Part shown: positions 1 through 12,374 of the stretch, piece by piece
How positions within the stretch are numbered: position 1 is the first letter of the stretch
Layout: each line of letters starts with the position of its first letter
Assembly: GCF_004010195.1 (NCBI RefSeq)
Contig: NC_057718.1
Coordinates: 28,394,377 to 28,458,376, forward strand
DNA from: Chiloscyllium plagiosum
Lineage: Eukaryota
DNA: 64,000 bases
Reading direction: 5' to 3'
The notes under the pieces: generated by a model
The model's input: the letters and a program-made list of their open reading frames with translations, nothing else
Databases searched by the model: none
Told to the model about the DNA's origin: nothing
Translations under genes and position numbers: made by a program

Positions 1-2830
1 GGTAACCAGATCCCACTATTATAAGTCACAGCACGAAGTGAAAAGTAAAGAGAAAGATGAAGGAGTTGAAGTTCAGTTAGTGGACACCCTGTTTGACATA
101 ATGGTGCAGGAAAGACCTGAACAGGCAGAGGGTCAGACAGCAGTATTTAGTCCTGAAGGGTTAAGAGTCCTGCAACAGCATGACAAGATGATAATAGATA
201 CATATGTGGATGCATACTCTGAAAAGGAGGCAGACAATGTTCCGGAGGGTTTTTATATGGAAGATAGAATCCTAAGATGGAAATAGAGACCACGGCAGGG
301 TAGTGCAGAGGAGAAATGGGCCGAAGTGCACCAGATTGTGTTGCCGGTAGCATATAGACAGGAAGTGTAACGGGTAGCACATGAACTACCTGTAGGAGGT
401 CACCTCGAAAGACTCAGGCTAAGGTACAAAAACATTTGTATTGGCCTGGAATGCACAAGGATGTGGTTAACTTTTGCCGTACGTGTCATACATGCCAAAT
501 GGTAAGTAAGCCTCAGGTGGTAATAAAACAAGCACCTTTTTTTGCCAATTCCCGCAGTTGAAGAACCTTTCACACGGGTTATAATTGAATGTGTAGGTCC
601 CCTCCTGAGAACTAAAGATGGGAACCAGTACTTGTTAACTATAATGATTGTGTCTATCAGATTTCCAGAGGCAATTCCATTACAGAGTATCAAGGCAAAA
701 AGGGTAGTAGAGGCGTTAGTAGCTTTCTTCACACAGTATGGGTTACTCAGAGAGATTCAGTCAGACTGAGGGGCAAATTTTACTGCTAGGCTGTTTTAGG
801 AGGTTATGGATAGCTTAGGTATAAAGCAGTTTAAATCCCGTGCATATCATCCTGAATCCCAGAGAGCTTTAGAAAGGTGGCATCAGACTTTGAAGACCAT
901 GTTGAGAGCATATTGTCAGGATTACCCAAATGATTGGGATAAAGGTATCCCATTCGTATTGTTTGCCATTAGCGATTCCCCAAACAAATCTACTCAATTT
1001 ACTCCCTTTGAGTTAATATTCAGTCGAAGTGAGAGGCCCTTTGAAATTAATTAAAGAAAAATTGACAGGACCAAAGTCGGAGATCTCACACTTAGATTAT
1101 GTATCGGAGGTGAGGGAGAGAATAAATTTAGTAGGTGAGTTAGCTAAACAGCACCTAAAGAGGGCACAGTATAGAATGAAGCAGGTGGCAGATAAAGGTT
1201 CTGAGACTCAGACATTTTCCAAAGGGGATAATGTGTTAGTATTGTAACCATTGATAGGAGATCCTTTCAATTTCAGTTTTAGTGATCCCTATCACATTGA
1301 GAAAAAGTTGGGCCAGTTGAAGTATTTAGTAAAGATGCCAGATAGGCAAAAAATGGATGGGATACGTCATGTGAAACCGTATTATACCAGAGAGAAAGGA
1401 CAGGAGAAATAGGTGCTAGTTACTGCCCCGCGGAGTGAGGAATCAAATCCAGATGATATGGATTTTGAGGTGCCTCAAAATAGATTTTAAAATGAAGACG
1501 TCCTTGACGAGTAGGATAGGTCAGTAAGCTATCTGTCTCATGAGCATAGAATGCAATTGAAAGATTTGTTATGCCAGCATAAGGACATATGTAAGAATCA
1601 GATGGGGAGGACTAATGTACATGAAGCAGTTGTAGAGAACACTGCTCTGATAAACAACACCCTTATTGGCTTAATCCTTTCTAAGCCAGACAGGTCCAAA
1701 TGGAGGTGGAGGCCACGCTCGACGAGAACATCATCGAACCAAGCCAGACCAAGTGGAGTTCACCGATTGTCTTAGTTCCCAAACTGGACTGGACTCAACG
1801 ATTTTGTGTGGATTATTGGAAGGTCAAGGCTGTTACAAAATAGGACTCATATTCAATTCCTCGATTGGCGGACTGTACTGAGAAAGTTGGTCAAGCCACT
1901 TATATCACCAAGTTGGACTTAATGCGTGGTTACTGGCAGGTACCTTTATCAGAGTTGGCAAAAGAAATTTCTGCATTTGTAACCCCAAATGGGCTATATC
2001 AATTTAAAGTGATGCCCTTTGGAATGAAGAACACACCTGCCACATTCCAAAGACTCATGAACAGAGTTGTGGCTGGGTTAACAAACTGTGCAGTCTATTT
2101 GGACAATGTAGTGATCTTTAGTAAGTCCTGGAAAGATTATGTGGTACAGTTGGCAGAGCTCTTTGAATGACTACGTGAAGCAAAACTGGTGATAAATAAA
2201 ACAAGATTTGCGAAAGTAGAGGTGACGTTATTGGGACATAACATCGGTCATCGAAGGTTGACCCCACGGAACGCAAAGGAGAAGGCCGTCGAGGATTTTC
2301 CATGACCAACCTTGAAGAAAGAGGTGCTTCGATTGTTGGGACTCAGTGGATTCTATCGAAAGTTTGTTCCAAATGTCAGCAGTGTAGTGGCACCGTTAAC
2401 CGATTTGCTGAAAAAGAACACAACATTTCTGTGGACAGAACAATGCCAGGAGGTATTCGACCATTTGAAAGCCATATTAACCACCAAACCAGTTTTAGCT
2501 ACATCAACCTTTTCAAAACCTTTTAAAGTCGCCATTGATGCTAGTGACATCAGAGTTGGAGCTGTACTCCCACAGGAAGATGAGGATGGGATTGAACCGC
2601 CAGTTGGTTACTTTTTGAAGAAGATCAACATCCACCAGAGGAAATACTCCACAATTGAAAAGAAACGATTGAGGTTGGTACTGGCCTTCCAACATTTGTT
2701 CGTGACATTCACATTAAATGTGTTGAAGATGGTTGTGAACACAGATCACAATCTGTTCACATTCTTAGAACATTTTAAAGATAAGAATTTAAGACTATTT
2801 TGTTGAAGACTTATGCTACAAACTTTTAAT
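1..2830 (+). mobile_element. Decayed Gmr1-like Ty3/Gypsy LTR retrotransposon pol region (integrase - RT - RNase H), running off the left edge of the window
   Basis: Frameshifted segments in order: integrase Zn finger (AHELPVGGHL ~377-406, CRTCHTCQ ~475-498); integrase core (IIECVGPL, EIQSD, AYHPESQRALERWHQTLK, 542-1054); RT (DLMRGYWQVPL, VMPFGMKNTPATFQRLMN, YLDN, 1865-2170); RNase H (AIDASDIRVGAVL, YSTIEK, TDHN, 2312-2806). Many stops and frameshifts. Confidence 0.9.
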
Positions 2831-3041
2831 TTTAAAAATCGTACATCTGTGATAATGCATCTGTAATTACATTTTTCCAACCCGCAACATGTACGATTTT
2901 TAAAATTTTTATATATATACACACAGGTATATGGGAAGAAGTTAAGGTGAACTTATATTAAAGTTATCTGTTAGGGTAATGTGTTTAAAAATTAGAGGAA
3001 AAAATGAAGCCACCTTTTCATTTTAATGATTCATTTTTCTT

Positions 3042-3106
3042 AAGGGGGGAGGTGTTATGAAGATGTGGGTGTACTTTGTAAGAGTTAAAAGCAGCAGAGA
3101 TTGACT
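3042..3106 (+). mobile_element. Polypurine tract plus truncated 3' LTR of the Gmr1-like element
   Basis: AAGGGGGGAGG (3042-3052) directly precedes TGTTATGAAGATGTGGGTGTAC at 3053, identical to the start of the solo LTR at 40067. Similarity is lost after about 55 bp. Confidence 0.85.
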
Positions 3107-4775
3107 GGGTGTGAGGAGAATAGAAATACACTCATTATAACATTCTTGTAAAAACAAATTAAAGGTATTAAAAGCCTGCTTATCCACTGTGCCAGAGAGA
3201 CTATGGGCTATGTTGTGATACACAATACATCGCCTCCTTTTAAGAAAAGCTTCTTCCATTTAGAAATGGTGCCAATAATTTTATATACTAATAGACACTG
3301 TGCAGCCTACTGACATTAAATTGTTTCTGAATTTACCCGACCTTTGTGAAATTGCATTTTCTCTACAATACCCACTGATTAGAGATGCAATTACCATTCC
3401 AGAGGCAGCGAGAGGACTTACCTTATACTATTATAGTCTGTCACATCTGAGATTGTCAACCTTTTATCATAAGCGTGTAAAACTGATTAATTGTTGGTCA
3501 AGTATTGCTGAGTAAGATGTCAAGAACTATTGACTGAGTTGCTATGGTCATGGTGTTATTGAAATTGGATTGTGTTACTCTTCAGTGTTCAATTAAAAAC
3601 AAAAAGATCATTATGTAGCTATGTAGTATCCATACAAATCCACTGAGATCTTACTGATGGCGTTCAGGGATAGACTTAATGTGTAAAAATGTCTATTCCT
3701 ACAGAATTCATCCATAATTGCTGTTTATTTCTTCAAGTGCATTTTTACTACACCATTCAAAACTACACTATTTATAGCTAATCTGCTGGTACGCATGAAG
3801 TCTTGCTCAGTTAAAAAATAACAAACATGGATAGCCATTTAAATAACTCATAAATGTTCCTTTATTTTATGCGAAGGAAAATAACACTTTTGCTAATATA
3901 AATTCTGTAAAATAATTCAGCATCTATTTATAATTAAATTGCTGCCATTGTTTAGTTAGTACAATAATTTGTTTTAAGATAAGATAAAGAACAAAGAATA
4001 CCTTTTGCTCATTATGAAAATTGAAAATGAAAGGAAGGTGCTGGAGAAACTCAACAGATCTGGCAGCATCTGCAGAGAGAAATAGAGCTACAGCATCTCA
4101 GTTCTGAAGTAGAGCCTTTGAACTCAAAATGTTCAAATAAAACCAGTGTGATTCTCCACATGTTCCGTATCTTATCCACTGCAATTATTCATCCACATTT
4201 CCCTCAAAAAAATGAGATGGCTTAAGCATTTCCTTTGGCAAGACATCTTATGCTACAGAAACTCACAGTGCAAGGAAATTTCTCCTAACTTGTTTGGTCC
4301 TCATCCTCTTAGAAATAATCATTTAGAAGTGGTGTCTTCCCAACAAAGGAAACAACTTATCCTGAAATAATCCATTCAGATCCATCATGATTTTTGAAAC
4401 CTTTGGTAAATCACCTCTTTATAACAGTATTGTAGTAACTCAAGTCTGTCCTCATAGCTAGTTTTTCATCCTTCGTATTTTGCAGATGTATCAACTTTAT
4501 ATACACTGTGTGGCATTTTCATTTTTAACATTGGGAGAGCCCAAAATTTAACACAGTACTTTGTAGGGTTTTGGATTCTACACTAAATCTAAGAGTGAGA
4601 AAATTGTTGTTAAGGAGTTACCATATTGGTAAAAAGGACAATCACAACTTTAGAAGGCTATCTGCTATGCTTTATTGGACAATAAAAATCAATACTTTTC
4701 ACTAATTAAGGCATGGAATAATACACAAGTTCAATGTGGGTTGGTCATTTCTGTAAGCTCTGGGGTCTTTTTTTT

Positions 4776-5091
4776 TAGATTCGATTAGATTACTTCCAGT
4801 GTGGAAACAGGCCCTTCGGCCCAACAAGTCCACACCGCCCAGCTGAAGCGCAACCCACCTATACCCCTACATTTACCCCTTACCTAACACTATGGGCAAC
4901 TTAGCATGGCCAATTCACCTGACCCGCACATCTTTGGACTGTGGGAGGAAACCGGAGCATCCGGAGGAAACCCACGCAGACACGGGGAGAACGTGCAAAC
5001 TCCACACAGTCAGTCGCCTGAGGCGGGAATTGAACTCAGGTCTCTGGCGCTGTGAGGCAGCAGTGCTAACCACTGTGCCATCGTGCCGCCC
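4776..5091 (-). mobile_element. HE1-type elasmobranch tRNA-derived SINE (V-SINE-like)
   Basis: Minus strand reads GGGCGGCACGATGGCACAGTGGTTAGCACTGCTGCCTCACAGC (A box)...GAGTTCAATTCC (B box)...TGTGGAGTTTGCACGTTCTCCCCGTGTCTGCGTGGGTTTCCTCCGG...; 3' tail GGCCGAAGGGCCTGTTTCC resembles the 3' ends of the local CR1 LINEs. Confidence 0.88.
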
Positions 5092-5324
5092 ATTTGTATT
5101 CTTGGACTCATGAAACCTTTCAAGATTTTACATGAAATTGCATGTATCATCTGTCAGCTCTATAATCAGGTTGTCTGTTTTCCTGAAGTATTTAAACTCT
5201 TTTGTCAAACCCCACTTTTGAAGTTGCACTGTGACTTACATACAAGTGTGAACCATTTCCTAAACAACTTTTAATTTAAATGCCTACATTTCCTCCTACA
5301 ATCTCCATGAGCTGGTCAAAAACA

Positions 5325-5613
5325 GGTGGCACAGTAGTTCAGTGGTTAGTACTACTACCTCACAGTGCCAGGGACCTGGGTTCGACCTCAGCCTTGGGCA
5401 ACTGTCTATGTGGAGTTTGCACATTCTCCCCGTGTCGGCACGGGTTTCCTTCAGGTGCTCTGGTTTCCTCCCACAGTTCAAAGATGTGCAGGTCAGGTGA
5501 ATTGGCCGTGTTAAATTGCCCATAGTGTTAGTTAGAGGGAAATGGGTCTGGGTGGGTTACTCTTTGAAGAGTTGGGCTGAAGGGTCTGATTCCACACTGT
5601 AGGAAATCTAATC
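5325..5613 (+). mobile_element. HE1-type SINE
   Basis: Same head, core and tail as 4776-5091 in the opposite orientation; more diverged. Confidence 0.85.
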
Positions 5614-6552
5614 AAAACAAATCTTTTGTGAAATAACTTACCAAATGACTTTTGAAAATCTCTATTTACTACATCTACTGTACTTAATTCATCTATCAAA
5701 ATGGCTATTTCCTTAAAATAATCAAATATGAATTGTTTTTAATCAATCTGCATTGATTCTCTTTTATTTGGTGATACATTTCCAAATGCTCACTAAATTC
5801 ATCGAGATTTGAAGATTGTAAATTGGGCCACATTGGGAATTAAACCAACTGCCTATAGTTATCTGGTTTATCATTCTCTGCTTTTTGAATATGTTACTTT
5901 GGCTGTTTTTCTAGCCTCAGTGTATAATCTATGTATCTATACGAAGTTGAAAAATTAGGGCCAGAATCTCTGCCTTTTTTCTTTTGCTCTCTGGCTCATT
6001 TTACCAACCAAGGCTGTTTCCCCTTAGGACCCAATGACTTAGCCATGCTGTTAATATATTTTTCAGCACCAGCTCTTTTTCTAGTTATCTTAAACAAATG
6101 CTGTATATCCTCCTCCAGAACAAATACATTCTCATTTCTAGCATCATTGGTAAATTCTAATGCAAAATACTGCTAACCCAAAAACCTTTTCATAGTTAGT
6201 TTTAAAGTGTTTTGCTGATGAAAAGCAATGACAAAAAGCAAATTTGACATTGATTCTCACTCATTGCTTTTTTAATTTCACAGGATGTCAAATGTGTTCA
6301 TAAATTCACTGAATACTAGCCAGCTTTAAGTCAAAGCTTTAACCACTATGATTTAAATAGTCACAGACTTCATAATAAAAAAGATTCCACTTCTGTAGGA
6401 AAGGAATGTCTTCTTGACTCATGGATAAACTTGTGGTGATTCCTTAAAGGCTATAATGACTGAGTTGTAAACACACAATTCTTGATCAAATTTATTTTTA
6501 CAGCCAAAGGCTTATTAAAACAAAAATCTGCATCTCTTTAGTTGTCAACAAT

Positions 6553-7601
6553 AAATGATTTGGAGATGCCGGTGTTGGATTGGGGTGTACAAAGTTAAAA
6601 ATCACACAACACCAGGTTATAGTCCAACATGTTTATTTGCAAGCACTAGCTTTCAGAGCGCTGCTCCTTCAGCAGGTGGTTGTGGAAAATGAGATTGTAA
6701 GACACAGAATTTATAGCAAAGGTTTACAGTGTAATGTCACTAAAATTATATATTGAAAAAGATCTGGATTGTTTGTTAAGTCTCTCATCTTTTAGAATGA
6801 CTTATGTTAGTTTCAGTTCTTTCATATGTAAATGACAAATCTTTTTTAAAAGTTACATTCTCAAGTGAACTTTAACAGTTGATATCATGTCGGCCCAGAT
6901 AATGTATTGAAGGTGTTAGCTCCCTGTGTGAGACTGTCTGTGCCACAATGGTCAGAACGATTCTAAGCTAAAAAACGGATTTACAGAATCTAACATGGAT
7001 TCATGTAGTTTTTGAGCAAACTAAAATATAATTCAAGCAATGGGGTCACCTGTAGTGTGACATGAACCCAAGGTCCCGGTTGAGGCCATCCCCATGGGCA
7101 CCGAACTTGGCTATCAGCCTCTGCTCGCCCACTTTTCTTTGTTGCCTGTCCCAAAGGGAGATGGCCTTAACTGGGACCTTGGGTTCATGTCACACTACAG
7201 GTGACCCCATTGCACTATATACACACACACCCTCACACACCCACACACAAATACACTCACACACACACACTCCTACACACACACTCAATGCACCTTCAAT
7301 ACATTATCTGGGCCAATGTGACACCAATTGTTAAAGTTCACTTGAGAATGTAACTTCTAAAAAAAGTTTTGTGATTTACATATAAAAGAACTGAAACCAA
7401 CATGGTCATTCTAAAAGATGAGACTTAACAAACAATCCAGGTCTTTTTCAATATATAATTTCAGTTACATCACACTGTAAACTTTTGCTATAAATTCTGT
7501 CTTACAATCTTATTCTCTACAACCACCTGATGAAGGAGCAGCGCTCCGAAAGCTAGTGCTTGCAAATAAACCTGACTTTGACCTGGTGTTGTTATTTTTA
7601 A
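6553..7601. mobile_element. Inverted (fold-back) pair of 5'-truncated Penelope-like elements
   Basis: Arms ~6594-6915 and ~7291-7601 are reverse complements. An inner inverted pair lies at ~7037-7092 / ~7156-7213. The + arm encodes DGLNWDLGFMSHYR* (GIY-YIG-type ORF C-terminus), followed by a CA-rich tract, 3' UTR, hammerhead motif and AATAAA. Confidence 0.8.
7524..7558 (+). ncRNA. Minimal type I hammerhead ribozyme (PLE-associated), intact core
   Basis: CAC-CUGAUGA-A-GGAGC-AGC-GCUCC-GAAA-GCUA/GUG: stem I CAC:GUG, stem II GGAGC:GCUCC, palindromic AGCU in place of stem III, CUA cleavage triplet (predicted cut after 7555). Confidence 0.85.
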
Positions 7602-7779
7602 CCATAAATCAGTTGAAGTTTAAAATAGAAATCAACATTCTGAAGATTCACTCCTCAGGAATGAAACTTGCCATATTAATTTTCCACCAGGTTACTTTTT
7701 CTGCCATTGACGATGCCATCTAAAAGGAAATTTGTATGTTAAACTAAATAATGAACATTATTAGAATATTCAATCATGT

Positions 7780-8499
7780 TGTTATGATTCTAGCTGATAG
7801 TAACACTGGACAAGTCAGATCCCAGAATGAAGTTTATCTTGATAGACCATAAGTTTTATTTTTCTTTTTGTTTACTATATTCACAAGAGGTTGATAATGT
7901 ATTTTTAACATAAGAACATAATTAATTTTAAAATGTAAAGAACTATATTATACTAAACAAGAACTATGGAAACAATGTCATTACAGACGTATGAAATAAA
8001 GATTCAACCCTTTTATTCAAGCACTACCCTTACAGACACACAAACCCCAATGACATGTTACCCTTACCTCCACGCTAATCTCTCTTGGTCAGGTGGCATG
8101 TTTTAAATTGTTTCCGTTCTGCAAATTTTTGCATGTTTATGAGGTGCTTTTTTCAAATTAACCTCTCACACAGAAACCCTTAAAACAAAATGCTAACATA
8201 ACTCACTAATACCTAACATGGGTTAACTAAACAAAGGACACCCCCACAGACCTCTGCTTCTGGAACTCTCTTCTGATTTTGAAGTTTCTCGGGACTTCTC
8301 CTTAAACCTGACTGAGCGGAGGCTGATATTCACAGCATCTCTTCTGGTCTGGGCCTCTTTCCCCAGCATGAATTTGCTCCTGAGGGCAAATTTAGCTGAA
8401 AACAAATGACATCAAATGCTGTTTTGAACTCAGTATTCGTCATACTTTCTGACTTTTGAAAAATGTTCAGATCATCACGTTCCTTTTTCCTTCATAACA
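7780..8499 (-). mobile_element. Solo LTR (720 bp), Gypsy-type
   Basis: Perfect 8-bp terminal inverted repeat TGTTATGA...TCATAACA flanked by a 4-bp direct repeat ATGT (7776-7779, 8500-8503). Minus-strand AATAAA at 7855-7860 suggests the orientation. Confidence 0.75.
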
Positions 8500-9309
8500 A
8501 TGTGCTGCATCATAAACCAGGACAGTTCAATCCTATCTTGATAGCCTCACATTTAGACATTGTAACAGAGTAGTCTACTCAGCCTAATATAAAATGATAT
8601 ATTAGCATTTATCACCATCCCACCACAAATAAATAGTTCTAATGACTCCCAGCCAATCTGCTGTCATATCCATTTTCTTCCATCATCCATCTGTCCTAAA
8701 CTTTGCAGAATAAACATGAGCAAATTGTGTGAGATGTCAGCAAATTAGTGAGGATGGGATTCAACAGATTTTGGCTATGTCAGGTCTCCAAGCAAGGAGC
8801 AATGTAAGTTTTCCTTCGGTGCCTATGATATCTGCAGTATGGGTGTTAGAATTTCATCATTAAAAGCAATGCCTCCACTAAACAACCTCACCTCCAAATA
8901 AAAAAAGTGAAAACTATCTCCTCATATTGGCCAAAACACTGCAGTGAGAATCAGACATTTAGCAATTGACCAAATATCTGTTTATGACAGATTTTAATTT
9001 GAAATGTGAATAACATACAAACACTTAACTAACCAACAAAACCAATGGGGGTCAGGAAAATATAAGATTGAATGTAAGTTTAAGTTAAACAAATGTAGGT
9101 TTATAATATCTTTAATTATTAAGATTACATTTTACTAGACTTAATCTGATAGTATGAATACAATTACAAGATAGACTTGGCACTGCACAAGAAAAGGTTC
9201 AATTGTTCAAAGGAGACTCAGCATGGGCATTCCAAAGTGAATTGTTTATCTCTGCCCCTCATGATTTTATAAATCTCCGCTTTCAACTAATGAGTACTGT
9301 TTAACTCCA

Positions 9310-9755
9310 CTAAGCTCCAGACCCCATAATCCCTTCCACAGTGATCATATACCTCCATCCCAAGAACAAGATCGACTTATATCCATCTGCTGTTCAAACT
9401 ACATTCAAGTATTCTTCACTAACTTCAGTTCATCCAAAAACCTTTCCCAAAACATCTATTTGCCTATTCCCCTTCTTTACACTGATGTGTACTCTTAGTC
9501 ACCTGAGATTTTAAATTTAAGTTTTCCATTCTCATGTTTAAGTCACATTATATTGTTTCATTTCCTCCCCTCTCTGCAACTTCTTCCAGCTCAACTTAAG
9601 ATTCTGATCTTTTGTACATTTGTCTTTGCCTTCGTGAAACAATTGCTGATCATGTTTCAATCCTCATACTCAGGGAATTAAGTAATTATGCCCTATGCTT
9701 CTCTCTTGCCTTGAGATTCTCTTTAAAACTCAATTTTGACCAAGTTTTTGGCCAC
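9310..9755 (+). mobile_element. Ancient L2-like LINE 3' end
   Basis: Degenerate L2-type terminal motifs (TTTTAAATTTAAGTTTTCCATTCTCATGTTTAAGTC...CTCTTTAAAACTCAATTTTGACCAAGTTTTTGG). Confidence 0.4.
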
Positions 9756-9764
9756 TCCTCCCAT

Positions 9765-12370
9765 CATAGGAAAAAGAGTAGGCACTTCAGCCCATCAAAC
9801 CTGCTCCGCCATTTAATACAATCATGGCTGATTGAACACTCCAGTACCTTTCCAGACACTTTCTCCATAACTTTTATGGAATTGACAATCTAAAATCTAT
9901 CACTTGCTACCTTAAACACACTCTAAGACTGAGTTCCCTTACCCCTCTGGGATAGAGAATTCCAAAGATGCACAACCTTCTGAATAAAAAAAATTCTCAT
10001 TTCAGTTTCAAATGGCATTGTTGCTATTTTTAAACTGGGCCCTCAGTTCTGGACTCCTCAGTTAGGGGAAACATCTGATCTGCATCTACTTGTTAAGTAT
10101 TTTGTAGGTTCTATTAAGATCACCTCTTATTCTTTGAAACTTTAGAGAATGCAGGTCCAGCTTGACCAACCTCTCTTTTTAGGCCAGTCACACCATCCCC
10201 AGAATAGGTCTGGTGAACATTTGTTGCACTCGTGTATGGCAATATCTTTCATAGAATAAAGAGACCAAAATTGTCCACAGTACTCCAGGTGTGGTCTAAC
10301 AAGGCTTCAATTTGATCAAAGTTCACAAATCCTCTTGTGATAAAAGCCAGCATTACGTTCGCTTTCCAAATAACTTGCTGCACTTGCATGTTAGCCTTCA
10401 GTGACTTAGCAACTAGGCTTCTTTGTACATCTACTTTCCAACTTCTTAACATTTAAGAAATCATTTGTGGATCTGTTCTTCCTACAAGAGAAAATCACCT
10501 CACACTTTTCACATTATATTCCATCTGCCATAATACTGCCTATTCACGAAGCCTGTCCAAATCCTCTTAAAGCCACTTTACATCTTTCTCAAAACACACA
10601 TTCCCACTCAGCTTTGTGCTATTCACAAATGTTATGTTTTGTCCCCATCCCAAACCATTGTACAGCCGCAACATGACCTCTCAACTCCTCTACTCAACGC
10701 TCTGACTAATAAAGGAAAGCATACTAAACACCTTCTTCACTATCCAATCTACCTGAGATTCTACTTGCAATGAACTATGAACCTTACTATTAAGTGTTCA
10801 AGTCCTGCCAAAATGCAGCATCTCATATTTACAGAGGAACCTCGATTATCCGGCATTCAATTATCCAGATTTTGGATTATCTGAACAAGATGGCAGGGTC
10901 CCGACGCTTGGCTAAACTGTGTTATCCAGCATTCAATTATCCGAACATTCGGTTATCCAAACAAAGTACTCCCCATCCAAGTCGTTTGGGTAATCGAGGT
11001 TTCTCTGTATCTAAATTAAACTCCATCTGCCACTCCTCAGCCCAAAGGCCCATCTGATCAAGATCCTGTTGTTCTCTCACTATCCACTACACCTCCAATT
11101 TTGGTCTAATTTGCAAACTTACTAACTATACTTTGGATGTTCACATCCAAATTGTTTATATGAATAACCCAATACAGATCCTTGTGGCATACCACTGGGC
11201 ACAGGCCTCCAGTCTGAAAAGAACTGTCCACCACTACCCTCAGTCTTCTACCTTCAAACCAATTTTGTATTCAAATTGAAAGTCCCCCTGAATTCCATGT
11301 GATCTAATCTTACTAACCAGTCTACCATGAGGAACTTTGTCAAATGCCTTACAGAAGTCCATATAGATCACATCCATCGCTTTGCCCTCATTAATCCTCT
11401 TCGTTGCTTCTTCAAAAAACTCAGTCAAATTAGACACTATTTCCCATGCACAAAGCCATGTCGACTATTCCCTATCAGTCCTTGCGTATCAAAGTACGTG
11501 TAAATCCTATCCCTCAGGATTCCCTCCAACAACTCGCCCATCACTATGATAAGGCTCACTGGTCTATAGTTCCCTGGCTTTTCCTTACCACCTCTCTTAT
11601 TTAGTGGCACCATGTTAGCCAACCTTCAGTCTTCCGGCACCTCACTTTTGACTATCAATGATCCAAATATCTCAGCAACGGACCCAACAATCACCTCCCT
11701 AGCTTTCCACAGTGTTCTTGGATACACCTGATCAGGTCCTGGGGATTTATCCATCATTGTGCGTTTCAAGACATCCTGCACCTCCTCCTCTGTAATATGG
11801 ACATTTTAAAATATTTTCCGCATTCTGAATTTTCCGCATCCTTCTCCACAGTAAACACTGATTACCTTGTTGCAAATGCTGCATACATTCAGGTAAAGTG
11901 CAACTTTTGGGCATAATTTCATGTTTGAAGCATACTCTCTGCTCCGCTTTGTTTCTCCCGTCTCTGGTATCAATAGCAGATTCTTTTTTACCTTCTGTTA
12001 CAAATTTTACTTTCTCTCAATTGGGGTTACTCCAATGGTTCCCGTCTCCCTAACAAACTAATTGAATCCCACCCAAATGGCACTAGTAAATCTGTGTGAA
12101 GATATCAATTCCAGTTCTGTTAAGATGTTCAAGCTTGACTTGTTACAAGTTCCACCTACACAACCAGACCCAAAGCCTCAAAATAGGATGCTCTCCCAGT
12201 CCAACTATTCATGTGCTCACTAGTCCATGATGAAGAGCTAACCTGAGATTATATTGCCCTATTTAATACCTTCCAAACTCCCTGACATCTTTCAGAACTT
12301 CACTCCTCTTTCTACCCGTATGATTTGGTACCAATGCAGACCTTGAACTTTGGCTGATTCCCCTACCTTA
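9765..12370 (-). mobile_element. Cluster of CR1 LINE fragments (older 3' end, RT segment, degenerate ORF1 remnant)
   Basis: Minus-strand ORFs MSNLTEFFEE...DVIYMDFCKAFDKVPHGRL, ANMVPL...KEKPGNYRPVSL and QQVIWKANVMLAFITRG are CR1 ORF2 motifs. Confidence 0.85.
10832..11007. mobile_element. pogo/Tigger-like (Tc1/mariner) MITE, 176 bp
   Basis: TIRs CAGAGGAACCTCGATTATCC / GGGTAATCGAGGTTTCTCTG with TA duplication (10830-31, 11008-09). Removing it restores the continuous CR1 sequence CTCATATTTATCTAAATTAAACTCC. Confidence 0.88.
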
Positions 12371-12374
12371 GAAG

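Noticed and set aside
4776..5613. tRNA genes
   Set aside because: The A/B boxes belong to SINE heads that continue into SINE core and LINE-like tails; no complete cloverleaf.
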